Origin: the human T2T-CHM13v2.0 reference genome, Homo sapiens
Assembly (NCBI RefSeq): GCF_009914755.1
Contig: NC_060926.1
Length of the DNA: 64,000 nt
Direction: 5' to 3' (one strand)
Shown: positions 24,539 to 40,020 of the stretch, piece after piece
How the letters are laid out: every line of letters begins with the position of its first letter
Numbering within the stretch: position 1 is the first letter of the stretch
Made by a program: the position numbers and the translations under genes
The notes under the pieces: model-generated
What the model was told of the DNA's origin: nothing
What the model saw: the letters and a program-made list of their open reading frames with translations, nothing else
Database searches by the model: none

Positions 24539-26648
24539 TCTATTAGCTTCACAAGCACAAAAAAAGTCAGCGTCTTCATTATTTATATTTTACAAAAAGC
24601 CAAATTATTTCAGCATATTCCGGTGATAACTTTAAAAATTAGATACATTTTCTTAACATTTTTTTCTTTTTTAATGTTATGATAATGTACTTCAAAATGA
24701 TGGAAATCTCAACAGTATGAGTATGGCTTGGTTAACGAGCAGTATGTTCACAGCCTGCTTTATCTCTCCTTGCTCTTCTCACCTCTCCCTTACCCCGTTC
24801 CCTATTTCCGTGTTCTTACCTAGCCTCCCCCCACTTCCTCAAAACAAACAAGAGATGGCAAAGCAGCAGTCCGACCAAGCCCACTGGAATTATCCTTTAA
24901 TTTTACAGATACCACTTGCTGTAGGCTGTGGACCAAGATGTCCAGAATTATTCTTGAGCACTGATGTAAATTACTTAGATCTTCTTTGAGGTCAGAATTC
25001 AGCGATCACGGTAGGCAGTGCTTGAATGAGAAAAGCCTCCTGGTGCATCTTCAAAATGAGTCCTAAAGAACATACTGAGTACTTATAAGTAGCAGAACAT
25101 AAAATGTATTTCTGACTAACACAAATGGTCCTTTCACATGTGCTTTATTAGACTCTGGGAGAGAAAAGTAACCAAGTGCTTCAGAACAGGTTTTTAGTAT
25201 TTACTTCTTCATGGTAAGATAATGAAGTTCTAATGAACTATTTCTCCCAAGGTTTTAAAATTGTCAAGAGTTATTCTGTTTGTTTAAAAAGTAAGAAACC
25301 TCTGTAAGCAATAGATTTTGCTTGGGTTTTCTTTCTTAAAAAAATAATACTATGCAGGCAAGACACCATAAAAGTTTAATTCCTTACAGAAGAACCAGTG
25401 GAAGAATTTAAATTTGGCACTACGATCAAAACTACTGAATTAGCAGAAATAACGATATCTAAAGCTTACCAGCAAAAGAACCCTCAGCAGAATAGCAAAA
25501 ACTTTGCTCAGGACATTTGAGGTCAAATTGAAGACGGAAGACGGAAACCGGAAACCGTTTTCTTGTAAGCCCCTAGAGGCAGATCAGGTAAAGCATACAT
25601 AGTAGAGGGAAAGGAGAGAATGGAAATAAAACTGAATATTATGCAGATTTATGCCTTATTTTTTAGCATTTTTTAAGGTTGGGTCTTTCAGGCTGGTTTT
25701 GGTTTGTATTAGATCTGTATAGTTTAGTGATTTAGTTTTATATTTAAGCTACGATTAATATTTTTTCTTTGGCGATATTTCTTTGCTTTTTTTTTTTTTA
25801 ACAACTTTCCATTTTTAGATGTTTCGTTGAATCTATTTAGAGCTTCACCATGGCAATATGTATTTCCCTTAAAACACTGCAAACAAATATACTAGGAGTG
25901 TGCCCTTTTAATCTTTACTAGTTATTGTGAGATTGCTGTGTAAGCTAATAAACACATTTGTAAAAACATTGTTTGCAGGAAGAAAACTTCGAGTTACAGG
26001 TCAGGAAAAGCCTGCTGAATTTATGTTGTAAACGTTACTTAACACAGTATAAAGATGAAAAGACAACAAAAGTATCTTCATACTTCCTCATCCCCTCATT
26101 GCAACAAAACCTTAAACTGGGAGAACCTTAGTCCCCTCTCTTTCCTCTTCCTCCTCCACTTCCCACTTATTGTCACTTTGTAATATTCAGAGAGCACTTG
26201 GATTATGGATCTGAATAGAGAAATGCTTACAGATAATCATTAGCCCACATACCAGTAACTTATACTTAAAGATGGGATGGAGTTATAAAGTGCTTTTATA
26301 ATACAATATAATTGCTAAAGGCAAGGGTTGACTCTTTGTTTTATTTTGACATGGCATGTCCTGAAATAAATATTGATTCACTATGGCAGATGGGTCATAT
26401 TCTTTATTTGGAAGAAGTCATGACTTCTGACATGGGGGTGATTTTCTCCCTACACTGTTGCATTTGATTCTTTTTATGTATTTTTAAGAAAGTAACCAGT
26501 TATACTGCTTTTAATATTGATTGGTCTTTTTATTTGGCTTGGAGTTCTTCAAAGCAGTGAAGTGTGTTCATAGTCCAGATTTTTTTTTAGTAAACACAAT
26601 TTTGCTGCCAAAAATATATAAATAAAACACAAAAGAAAACAAAAATAA
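24539..26648 (+). other. RAB6A-derived 3'UTR and poly(A) remnant of the retrogene
   Basis: AATAAA at 26365-26370 and 26621-26626, followed by an A-rich tail to about 26648. Confidence 0.75.
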
Positions 26649-26767
26649 AAAGTTTTGAAAATGTTAGATCATCTCCCTTTTTACCGCCTTTCCCTTTTAC
26701 CTTTTACTGCCATTTACATCCACACATCCACACACACAACGTGCACACACATACCGACTAAAATTAA

Positions 26768-27800
<1,033 letters not shown>

Positions 27801-29468
27801 AAGAGGAAAAATCAGGCACAAGTATGCAGAGAAAGGTGAAGTGAGTAAAGGGTCTAACCCATAACTCTGAATTCCAAAGTTTGAGCTAATGCTCCAAAAC
27901 ACAGGAAATGGTATTTGCTTGTGAAATTGTGCATGTTTTTCATAAAAAGTAGAAAGTATTTGCACAGGTTTCTGCAGTCCTGAGGGGCAGAGATGAATCT
28001 GTCATTTGCAGATATGAAGACAGCTCAAGGTAGTGATCCTGGACATTCAGGAGGGGAATTAGACACGAGATCCGGGGCTGGATGCTCACTCAATTAGCCA
28101 GACCCTGGGTCACTCAGGGGAAACCTATGCTGATTTCTGGAGCTCTTTCTTTGTATAGTTCGTTACTTTAAATTTGAGATGCTCACTTAGCCCTCCTAAA
28201 ATAATATTTGTCTCTCTTCAATTCAGGGATTTCTCCAAGCTCTGTCTGGGTTCTGCTGCCAATGGTGTTGTCCAGTAAGTATCCCCAGGCAGAAATAAGG
28301 GGCTATTGTAGGGCTTACATTGCTTGTTTCTCTTCTCAACTGGAGAAAAACAGTCCTTAGTTGCTGATTGTCTAATGTTTGAAAATGATGGTTTTCTATA
28401 GTTTGTCTAGTTTTCTAGTTGTTTATAGTGGAATCAGTCATTAGCCCCTGATTAGAGACAGAATCTCTCATCTACTCAACTTTTTACTTTAATTTAAAAC
28501 TTTTTAAAATGTTATATTTTAATTTTGTTACAGAATATAGTAATACATTATCCTAGTGTAAAATTTAAAAGGTAAGTAATATTTAGTAAAAAAAAATACT
28601 CCTCCCACTTTCACTCCCAGAAGTAACTGATGTTACAAAATCTTTCTGTCTTTTAGAGTTATTATATGTATCTACAAAATAAAACACAGGAAACTAGCCA
28701 TAATAAAATAATGGGGTCTAAAGGAATTCAATCACATAAAATGTTAGGTCAAATTTATTGTGAGATTAATAAAAATTATACTTTTGTTAAACTATTACTC
28801 TCACAAAAAGCATAAAATGATTGTGAAACTTACAGCACACATTACTGACTAGTGAATTGAGTAACCGCCATTGATTGTGAGGCAGTGACTTCTATGTCCC
28901 CTTCCCCATCTCATTACTTACAAGTCATGTATAAGAGTTTCCTTTGTTCTGTAACTTCTCTGACAGTTGTGATTGAAATTTTAAATTTTTGTCAAGCTGG
29001 CTAATGTAAAACATCATCCTGTTCTATGTTTAATAGCATTTCCCTGATTACCAATATGAAGCATTATATATTGTCTGTTCATGTTTCATATTTTGTATAA
29101 TGTCTATATCCTTTGTTCATTATTTGTTATTTGTATTATTCTTTATATATTATTCTTTAACACATTGCTGTTTATATGTTGGTTATATTTTACATTTTCT
29201 TCTAGTTTATGGGAAGTCTTTTTCTTTTCCTAAGACAATCTATTGATAAATATAAGCTGTGAATATTAAAGTTATAATTAAAGTTATCAAATGTTTGAGA
29301 TAACTTTATTCATTAGCTCTTTATGAGTTTTTGGTTTTTTTTCAGTTAAATGAAATAACTTCTTTTTTTGTTTTTTGATGTGAAGAACTTGGTGGAGAAA
29401 TTAAAATTTCAGATGCAGAAAAAGAAGCAAGAAAATTGCTGGAATGACAGGCATGGGTAGATAACAGG

Positions 29469-29999
29469 TGTGATGGTTAATACTGAGTGTCACCTTGATT
29501 GGATTGAAGGATGCAAAGTATTGTTCCTGGGTGTGTCTGTAAGGATGTCACCAAAGGAGATTAACAGTTGAGTCAGTGAACTGGGAGATGCAGACCCACC
29601 CTCAGTCTGGGTGGTCACCCTCTAATCAGCTGCCAGTGCATCTAGGATAAAAGCAGGCAGAGAAATATGGAAGGGCTCGACTGGCTCCACCTTTCTCCCG
29701 TGCTGGTTGCTTCCTGCCCTCAAACATCAAACTCCAGGTTCTTTCAGCTTTTGGACTCTTGGACCTACACCAGGGGTTTGCCAGGGGCTCTCAGGCCTTC
29801 AGCCACAGACTGAAGGCTGCACGGTTGGCTTCCCTACTTTTGGGATTTGGGGACTCAGACTGGCTTTCTTCCTCCTCAGCTTGCAGACAGCCTATCGTGC
29901 AACTTCACCTTGTGATTGTGCGAGTCAACACTCTTTAATAACCCATTTTATATATACATTTATCCTATTAGTCCTGTCCCTCTAGAGAATCCTAATACA
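29469..29999 (+). mobile_element. MLT2A-type solo LTR (HERV-L)
   Basis: Starts TGTGATGGTTAATACTGAGTGTCA and ends CCTAATACA. 5-bp TSD acagg/acaag. Confidence 0.85.
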
Positions 30000-30409
30000 A
30001 CAAGACACAGCACCCAGTCACAGTAAGAGGGGTGGACATTATTTAGAAGCAAAGACAGTTCACCCATATGAAAAGGAGAGATAACAGAATGTAGGTATAG
30101 ATATATGAAGATGAGCAGATGTAGAGACTGGAGATTTTGAAATTCTTGTCAAATGACCACTTTTTTTTACAAGTGAAATAGAAAATAAAGTCATCAGCAA
30201 AGAGCAAAGATGGGAAGGAGAGAAAATAAATATGAACTGTTACTTTGGGAAAGGATGAGAATGAATGGAGCAGGGAATATTTTTTTCTGGGAAGCATAAA
30301 GACATGAGCTTTGTGATCATGAATTTCAGTTGAAACAAATCAACCTGATTCCCTCTTACTCTATTTTAAATTTCAGTTTTATTTAAAAATCTGAACATAA
30401 TATCCATAA

Positions 30410-30935
30410 TTATAGTATTATACAGAAGAGTTTCACTGCCCTAAAATTCCTCTGTACTCCATCTGCTCATCCCTCTGTCCCCCATAACTCCTGGCAACCA
30501 CTGATTTTTTTTAACTGTCTCCATAGTTTTGCCTTTCCCAGAATGTCATGTAGCTGGAGTCATACAGTATGTAGCATTTCCTGATTGGCTTCACTCAGAA
30601 ACATGTATTTGAGATTCCTTTATGTCTTTTTATGGCTTGATAGGTCATTTCTTTTTAATGCTGAATAATATTTCATGTATACAATACATGTATTACAGTT
30701 TATCCATTTACCTAATGAAGGACATCTTGGTTGCTTCCAAGTTTGGCAATTATGAATTAAGCTGCTGTAAACATTATTGTGCAGGTTTTTGTGTGGACAA
30801 GTTTTCAGTTTCTTTAGGTAAATACTAAGGAGCATTAATGCTAGATTATATGATAAGAGTTTGCTTAGTTTTGTAAAAAGCTGACCAACTGTCTTCGTAA
30901 GTGGTGTAACATTTGCATTCCTACCAGCATCACCA
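30410..30935 (-). repeat. Old L1M 3'-end fragment
   Basis: Degenerate L1 3' motifs (ctggcaaccactgat; gaaggacatcttggttgcttcca). The minus-strand ORF resembles the L1 ORF2 C-terminus. Confidence 0.7.
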
Positions 30936-31799
30936 GCATTTGATGCTGTCTGCCTTTCACATTCATCAGGCTTAACCTTCATAATTTTGCTGCACTTACT
31001 TTTAAAATGAAAGTCTTCAATTCATCCCGTGCTTTGTTTCTTAAACAATCTTGAATGAGTTCTTTAAAGTCTAAAAATCTCCAGAAAATAAAAGTGTTAA
31101 CTATATATTGAGAGCTGAAGTTTGCAGAGCAAAGGAGTGACACTACATTGGTGATGATGTAAAACCTCAGCTGAAAATTCTAATAGCTACAGAAGAGGTA
31201 TGATATTTTCATATATAGTTCCTTCTCATTTACATGTGTAAACTTAAGAGAGTCAGGAGTATTGTATTGTTAGGAAAATCAGAGCACTTCAAAAAATTGC
31301 TGTTTATAATGTTTAGAAATTTAGACCTAACACTTTCATGATATAGACTAGAGTAGACTTAGCTAAACAGAACCATTTATTAGTCTGTTGTACATATTGT
31401 TTTTGACATATTTATTATATTATAAACTACAAAAGGAGAATAAAATAGTGTAAAACTATTTTGAGAAGGGATCTAATAAAAATAACATAATTATGGGATT
31501 TCTATTATCCACACTCAATTAAGACTAATATTTTTAATTTAAAAAAAGTTTTTTAAAGAAGAATTCCTGAATGGTAATTGATAGTACATTAATTTGTTTT
31601 TTTGATAAAAATCCTCAAAGAATAAAAATAATTTCTTCCTACCTCTATATTACAATCAGCATAATTGAAATAATATGCTTCAATTGTTAGTAAAGTAACA
31701 TTTATGTTTTGGAATCAATGAAGCTAAGCCAGCACTAAGAATTTTATTACTATTCCTCCACTACATTTCAGAGAGTTATTTCTTTATCCTTAAACATAC

Positions 31800-34188
31800 C
31801 ACAATAACGAGTCTGCTAGGTCCATTTAGATTATCAACCCAACCCTAAAAGAAAGAAGATTTCTATTGGTTACACATTTCAGAAGATTGTTGTATCTTTG
31901 GAACATCTGCAGTCTCATCTTAATAAATTTCAAACAAGAGCACTGAAACTCCAGCCAATAGAACTATCTAATTCAGTCTTATTAAGATCCCAAAGATCAA
32001 TGGCAAAGCATTGGCTATTTTCTGCACTTTGCGCAAGAATTAAAATTTGGCCAGGATTGTTGTTCATAGCAGGAGTCAGGAATGGTTTTGTGGTGTTTTA
32101 TGACATCTTAAGGGCTACATTGAACCTTGTCCTTATATCATGATCTGCTAAGCAATTCACCAACCATACTTCTCCACCTCAGTCCTGACTTTAGCCTCCT
32201 TAGGAGAATATTGGAGACATGATTGGTAGTAATGGCCCATTTCTTGACATTTTTGACCAGCTACAGATACACATTTTGACCATGCCAGATACACACATAT
32301 ATATGTGTGTGTGTGTGTATATGTAGTGTGTGTGTGTGTGTGTATTGTGTGTTGACTTGCTTAAAGACATTACAGGGAAGATTATATTTAAGACCAGTTA
32401 GAGGGAAATGTCTTTTTGAGTTTGTTCCCTAAACTCTAAGCCATTCAGCTGACCTTATTATGTCTGTTTACCTCATAGTGTAGAAGTCAAAATGTGTGTG
32501 TATAATGGGAAAGGAGAGAGGCAGGAGGAGAAGATGAAGGGATTAATATCCATGAACCTTGTAGTAAGGACCTGCCTTTTACTAGAGACTGAGCACTCCT
32601 CATACATTGTCTCATTAAACCACCTCTCCAAAATAGTATCCCTCTTGTTTTATGGAAGGGACAACTCAAAAATTTTGCATTGCCAGTAAGTGATGGAGCT
32701 GGAATTTATCTGCCCCAAAGCTTCACAGACTTGCTTTAAAGAAGATGGTATAATTCTATCTCACACCAGTTAGAATGGCGATCATTAAAAAGTTAGGAAA
32801 CAACAGGTGCTGGAGAGGATGTGGAGAAATAGGAACGCTTTTACACTGTTGGTAGGAGTGTAAACTAGTTCAATCACTGTAGAAGACAGTGTGGCGATTC
32901 CTCAAGGAACTAGAACTAGAAATACCATTTGATCCAGCGATCCCATTAGTGGGTATATACCCAAAGGATTATAAATCGTGCTACTATAAAGACACATGCA
33001 CACGTATGTTTATTGCGGCACTATTCACAATAGCAACGACCTGGAACCAACTCAAATCTCTATCGATGATAGACTGGATTAAGAAAATGTGGCACATATA
33101 CACCATGGAGAACTATGCAGCCATAAAAAAGGATGAATTCATATCCTTTGTAGTGACATGGATGAAACTGGAAACCATCATTCTGAGCAAACTACCACAA
33201 GGACAGAAAACCAAATACCGCATGTTCTCACTTATAGGTGGGAATTGAACAATGAGAACACTTGGACACAAGGCGGGGAACATCACACACCAGGGCCTGT
33301 CATGGGGTGGGGGGATGGGGGAGGGATAGCATTACGAGAAATACCTAATGTAAATGACGAGTTAATGGGTGCAGCAAACCAACACAGCACATGTATACAT
33401 ATGTAACAAACCTGCGCGTTGTGCACATGTACCCTAGAACTTAAAGTATAATAAAAAAAAGAAGATAGTATAATTCAAAGTACTTTCAAAAGGACATAGC
33501 GCTATACTGAGGTTAGAAAAAACAGTGTTCCCAAGCTGAGATCCTTCTGTGCACTTTGTAACCCTTGTTTACCCTGGCAGTTGCAATACTACCAATTTAC
33601 CATTAAGAACATTCGGTATGTTTAAACTACAGTGGGAAAGCCAAGATATGAAACCATCACCCATGGGAATTTTGAGGCTAGAGTAATTAGAAGCTAATTT
33701 AAGATCTCCATTCAACTCTAGGACAGTCAGGGTAACTGCCAGAGAAGCTGCATGCTGGGTAAATCCTGATCCCAAAGTGGAATTTTGCCCTAGTACAATG
33801 GGTTGATATATGATTGGCTGCACTTAGCTATACATCCTGAGGAGGAAGAAGAGGAGGAGGAGAAGGGGAAGGGGAAGAGGAAGAAGAAGAGGAAGAAAGA
33901 AGAAGAAGGAAGAGAAGGAGGAGGAGGGGGAGAAATGACATCAGAAAGTAATTGGGCTAGAAGAACTTTAATTTGGAAGCAAAATACAGAATTCAGGTGA
34001 GTGGGCTTACTGGGAAAGGGTCGTGCCACGTCGCTCCCACAGTGGAGGGCCTTATGATGGCGATGGTTACATTTCTGCTCTCCTGCTGCACCACCATTTC
34101 TCCCAAGGCCTTGCGGTAGGTGCAAGAATTGGGCAGATCTCTGATCAGCTTGGGTGTGATCTCGTCAATAACAGCGTTATCTAACCAC
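31800..34188 (-). pseudogene. FAR2P: Unprocessed FAR2 (fatty acyl-CoA reductase 2) pseudogene fragment: exons 34188-34011 (178 nt) and 31844-31800 (45 nt)
   Basis: Both exons have AG/GT boundaries. They translate to [59 protein letters not shown] and GWVDNLNGPSRLVIV, matching consecutive recalled FAR2 sequence ([31 protein letters not shown]...PFP/GWVDNINGP). Confidence 0.9.
32757..33457 (+). mobile_element. 5'-truncated L1PA inside the FAR2-derived intron
   Basis: ORF2 C-terminus, 3'UTR and A-tail. TSD aaagaagat(g/a)gtataattc at 32738-32756 and 33458-33476. Confidence 0.93.
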
Positions 34189-35107
34189 CTAAAAAGTAGT
34201 CAGAGTAAAAAGAATTCTAGCAGCATATGTTAGACAATAGACCAAAAGGAAAATGTGACACACAAATAGTCAAAACAAAACTTCCACCTTTTAGCCTTGG
34301 TTCTGGAATTCAGAAGAGTCACACGATACCAAGTTTGTGTGCGTACCTGTTCAAAGCATGCATGAGCTCTTTGCTCTCCACTGCTAAGCCCAATCTCATC
34401 AGCCAAATCCTACGCCCTCCCATCTAGAGAGATAGGTAGGTAGACAGACCAATAGAATCAATAGCAATACCACTTTATTGTTACTACTAGTATAGGGCTA
34501 TTAGTACTACTTGATTAGTATGACTTTAGCACTACTATTACTTTATCAATTACTTTATCAATATTGTTACTTTATCTGTAGTAGTGCTAATTTGAGGTAA
34601 TTACATACAACCTCTTTACTTCCTCTCCAAGAAGCTCATAAATAAATTCATTGCATGCATTTTTGAGTCCCAGTCATTCTCTCAGTAGTGTGCTAGATGC
34701 TATATGTTCAGGGAGTTTGAGGCTCTCATCCAAGGTGTTTCAGTGGCAGCCCTGTTCAGTGTTGTCCCATAGAAACCAGTGCAGTGATCCTGAAGAGTTT
34801 AGCTTTACATTTTAAAAATTTCATTCAATGCAAATCAAACCAAAGTGACTATGGCAGACTGACAATCTCTTTTAGCAAATCTATGTAATGCATTTTGAAG
34901 GTCTGTTTAGAGTCTGGGCTAATAACTTGCTAATTATTTCCAGAGATTTCCAATGAATTCTGAAGTCTGTGAAGTGGGGTGATTATAGTACTCTGAAATT
35001 GCTTCAAAATCATGAATATTGAATTCTCCTACTTATAATATGACATGTATCATGAATAACTGAGTTACCATAGCATTTGCCTAATCTTTCTAAAAATATG
35101 TCAGAAC

Positions 35108-35400
35108 TGGCCTGGCGGAGTGGCTCACACCTGTAATCCCAGCACTTTGGGAGGCCGAGGCGGGTGGATCTTGAGGTCAGGAAATTGAGACCATCCTGGC
35201 CAACATGGTGAAACCCCGTCTCTACTAAAAGTATAAAAATTAGCTGGGCGTGGTGGCACATGCCTGTAATCCCAGCTACTTGAGAGGCTGAAGCAGGAGA
35301 ATCGCTTGAACCCAGGAGTCAGAGGTTGTAATCAGCCAAGATCGCACCACTGCTCACCAGCCTGGTGACACAGAGAGACTCCATCTCAAAGAAAAAAAAA
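35108..35400 (+). repeat. AluS
   Basis: Full dimer with A-tail. Confidence 0.9.
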
Positions 35401-35544
35401 AGAACCATTTGATAAACCCAAAGTGTATCTACACGTCTCTAAGAGAGCAAAAAATTATTGTCAATTAAATATGTAACATTTATTCTAACTGACAGATCTA
35501 TGTGGTTAAATTATTGATATAGCATTTTAAAAATTAAGCTGCCA

Positions 35545-38290
35545 TTCTAGCTGCTGTGTGATGGTATCTCACTGTGGTTTTGATTTGCATTTCTCTGATG
35601 GCCAGTGATGGTGAGCATTTTTTCGTGTGTCTGTTGGCTGCATAAATGTCTTCTTTTGAGAAGTGTCTGTTCATATCCTTTGCCCACTTTTTGTTGGGGT
35701 TGTTTGTTTTTTTCTTGTAAATTTGTTTAAGTTATTTGTAGATTCTGGATATTAGCCTTTTGTCAGATGGGTAGATTGCAAAAATGTTCTCCCATTCTGT
35801 AGGTTGCCTGTTCACTCTGACGGTAGTTTCTTTTGCTGTGCAGAAGCTCTTTAGTTTAATTAGATCCCATTTGTCTATTTTGGCTTTTGTTGCCATTGCT
35901 TGACATAGGAACGCTTTTACACTGTTGGTGGGAGTGTAAACTAGTTCAACCATTGTGGAAGACAGTGTGGCGATTCCTCAAGGATCTAGAACTAGAAATA
36001 CCATTTGACCCAGCGATTCCATTACTGGGTATATACCCAAAGGATTATAAATCATGCTACTATAAAGACACATGCACAGGTATGTTTATTGCGGCACTAT
36101 TCACAATAGCAAAAAGTTGGAACCAACGCAAATATCCATCAGCCATAGACTGGATTAAGAAAATGTGACACATGAGGCCAGCGCCGGCGGCGGCGGCAGC
36201 GGTGCTGGGGGCGCAGAGGGCCGCGCAAGCGGAACCGGGCGAGCACGCGAGCTACCGGAGAGCGGGCGGCCTTGCGGGAGGCGGCGGCGGCACCCCAGGC
36301 CAAGCCGGCGCGGGAGGAGTTCCAGGGCGATGGGGCCGCGGCCGGGCCTGATGCTTTGACAGCTGGAAAGAGCGCGGAGCCAGCGCCTGCTCGGGAGGGA
36401 GGGGAGCGCTGCTAGGAGAGCGCCAGCCAGCGAGAGAGGGAGGGAGCGCCTGGGAGGGGGCCGGGGGCGAGGGGCAGCTCGGGAGAGCGGGAGCGGTGGC
36501 GGCTGTGGGGAGGCTGGGCGCCCTCTTCCCTGCAAACCATGTTTGCCAAAGGCAAAGGCTCCTTGGTGCCCTCGGACGGGCAGGCTGGGGAAAAGTTAGC
36601 TTTATACGTCTACGAATATTTACTGCAGGTAGGAGCACAGAAATCTGCACAGACCTTCTTATCGGAGATTCGCTGGGAAAAAAACATCGCGTTGGGAGAA
36701 CCGCCTGGGTTTTTGCACTCGTGGTGGTGTGTATTTTGGGACCTTTACTGTGCAGCTACTAAAAGGAGAGACACTTGTGAACATTCAAGTGAAGCAAAAG
36801 CCTTTCCTGATTCTAGTGCAGCAGCTGCCCTGAGCCCCGTGCTTGGCAACATTCCCCCCAACAATAGGATGCGGGGAGGCCGAGTCCCGCCAGGGTCCTC
36901 CGGGGTCACAGCCCTCGCCGCACGCACAGCCTCCACCTCACAATCCTAGCAGCATGATGGGACCCCACAGTCAGCCTTTCATGTCACCGCGATACGCAGG
37001 CGGCCCCAGGCCCCCCGATCAGAATGGGAAACCAGCCTCCGGGAGGAGTTCCTGGGACACAGCCATTGCTGCCCAATTCCATGGATCCCGCACGACAACA
37101 AGGCCATCCCCACATGGGAGGATCAATGCAGAGAATGAACCCTCCCCGAGGCATGGGGCCCACGGGTCCCAGCCCACAGAATTACGGCAGCGGCATGTGA
37201 CCACCACGCAATTCCCTAGGCCCCCCATGCCCGGGATTAACATGGGCCCGGGAGCCGGCAGACCCTGGCCCAATCCTAACAGTGCTAACTCAATTCCATA
37301 CTCCTCCTCATCACCTGGTACCTATGTGGGACCCCCTGGTGGTGGCGGCCCTCCAGGAACACCCACTATGCCCAGTCCCTCAGATTCAACAAATTCCAGC
37401 GACATCTACACAATGATTAATCCGGTGCCGCCTGGAGGCAGCCGGTCCAACTTCCCGATGGGTCCCGGCTCGGACGGTCGGATGGGCAGCATGGGCGGCA
37501 TGGAGCCACACCACATGAACGGATTGTTAGGGTCAGGCGACATAGATGGCTTCCAAAAAATTCTCCTAACAACGTAAATAGTATTAGCAATCCTCCAGGC
37601 ACCCCTCGAGATGACGGAGAGTTAGGAGGGAACTTCCTCCACTCCTTTCAGAATGACAATTATTCTCCAAGCATGACGATGAATGTGTGATCCCCCCTTC
37701 TCCAAGACGCTGAGAGAGCCTGCATTGCAGGCGGGAAGATGCCAGAAATTATGCAAGAAGTGAGGTGTCATTATCCAGGAGCTGGTAGGGAGGGCATCTC
37801 CTGCTCCCCTCAAACCCTCCCACCCCATTCACTCCCACCTTTCCCAATTTTAGTTTCATGCAATAAAAAGGCTGAACTTTTTATTCCATAAAATAAAACA
37901 AAAAGAAAGAAAGAAAGAAAATGTGGCACATGTACACCATGGAATACTATGCAGCCATAAAAAAGGATGAGTTTGTGTCCTTTGCAGGGACATGGATGAA
38001 GCTGGAAACCATCATTCTGAGCAAACTATCATAAGGACAGAAAACCAAACACCACATGTTCTCACTCATAGGTGGGAATTGAACAATGAGAACACTTGGA
38101 CACAGGGCGGGGAACATCACACACAGGGGCCTGTCCTAGCGTGGAGGCTAGGGGAGGGATAGCATTAGGAGAAATACCTAATGTAAATGACGAGTAAATG
38201 GGTGCAGCAAACCAACATGGCACATATATACCTACGTAACAAACCTGCACGTTGTGCACATGTGCCCTAGAACTTAAAGTATAATAATAA
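35545..38290 (+). mobile_element. 5'-inverted (twin-primed) L1PA, split by the SSBP3 retrocopy
   Basis: Perfect TSD aaaaattaagctgcca at 35529-35544 and 38291-38306. Antisense L1 at 35545-35901, sense L1 at 35905-36174 and 37915-38290. Confidence 0.93.
36175..37914 (+). pseudogene. SSBP3P: SSBP3 processed pseudogene (5'UTR, CDS remnant 36539-37690, 3'UTR, A-tail)
   Basis: [27 protein letters not shown] (LisH/LUFS), intronless, with frameshifts and a stop. AATAAA at 37862. TSD aagaaaatgtg(a/g)cacatg at 36157-36174 and 37915-37932. Confidence 0.95.
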
Positions 38291-39015
38291 AAAAATTAAG
38301 CTGCCAGAATATGCTAGTGTGATTTTTCTGACCAATGTGGTACATTTATTTCTATTTTATACAACAGAACATAACAATACTATTTTGATTGTAGAAAATC
38401 TTCACTGTTACCACCTTGCTGACATGACACATTTTTGAACAACTAAGATGTGCATGAGGTTAAGACTTATTCAGAATCACAACTCTCAGTATTAATGCCT
38501 CATTTCATCCTGGGGTAGAACATGGGCATTGACTATAATGTTTCCGTTTTTCTTGCTTTGCTTCTGAGTGCTGAGTGTCTTCTGGATACTCAAATGTCTT
38601 TTCATTTAAGTTGAATAGAGAAAGATTGAGGGGTTCTAGAATTAAAAACTTAAACTACATAGAAATATCAAGGATACTTTAATTATATGGTCACCTGGAG
38701 GCTGGGAAAAAGTGTAGGATGATGCAGACACCTCTCCGTCTTAACAATAATCCTACCTCATTTCATTTGTGGGTCAACAGCGGATTGACTGACCTGAGAT
38801 CATTTTCCCTCAACTGCAAAAATATACAGTTTATAAAAACCAGGTCTTCAGAAAATAGAGCTTAATATCAATAAGGCTGTAAAGAAAAAATTCCTAGAAA
38901 ACATCAGAGCCCAACAATGTGCTGAGATTGTATGTCACAAGGCTAGTACCAGTTGCGGTCATTAATGTTGGGGTACCTGGAAAGGACAATACTTGGGGGG
39001 ATGGGGGCCTTATAA

Positions 39016-40020
<1,005 letters not shown>

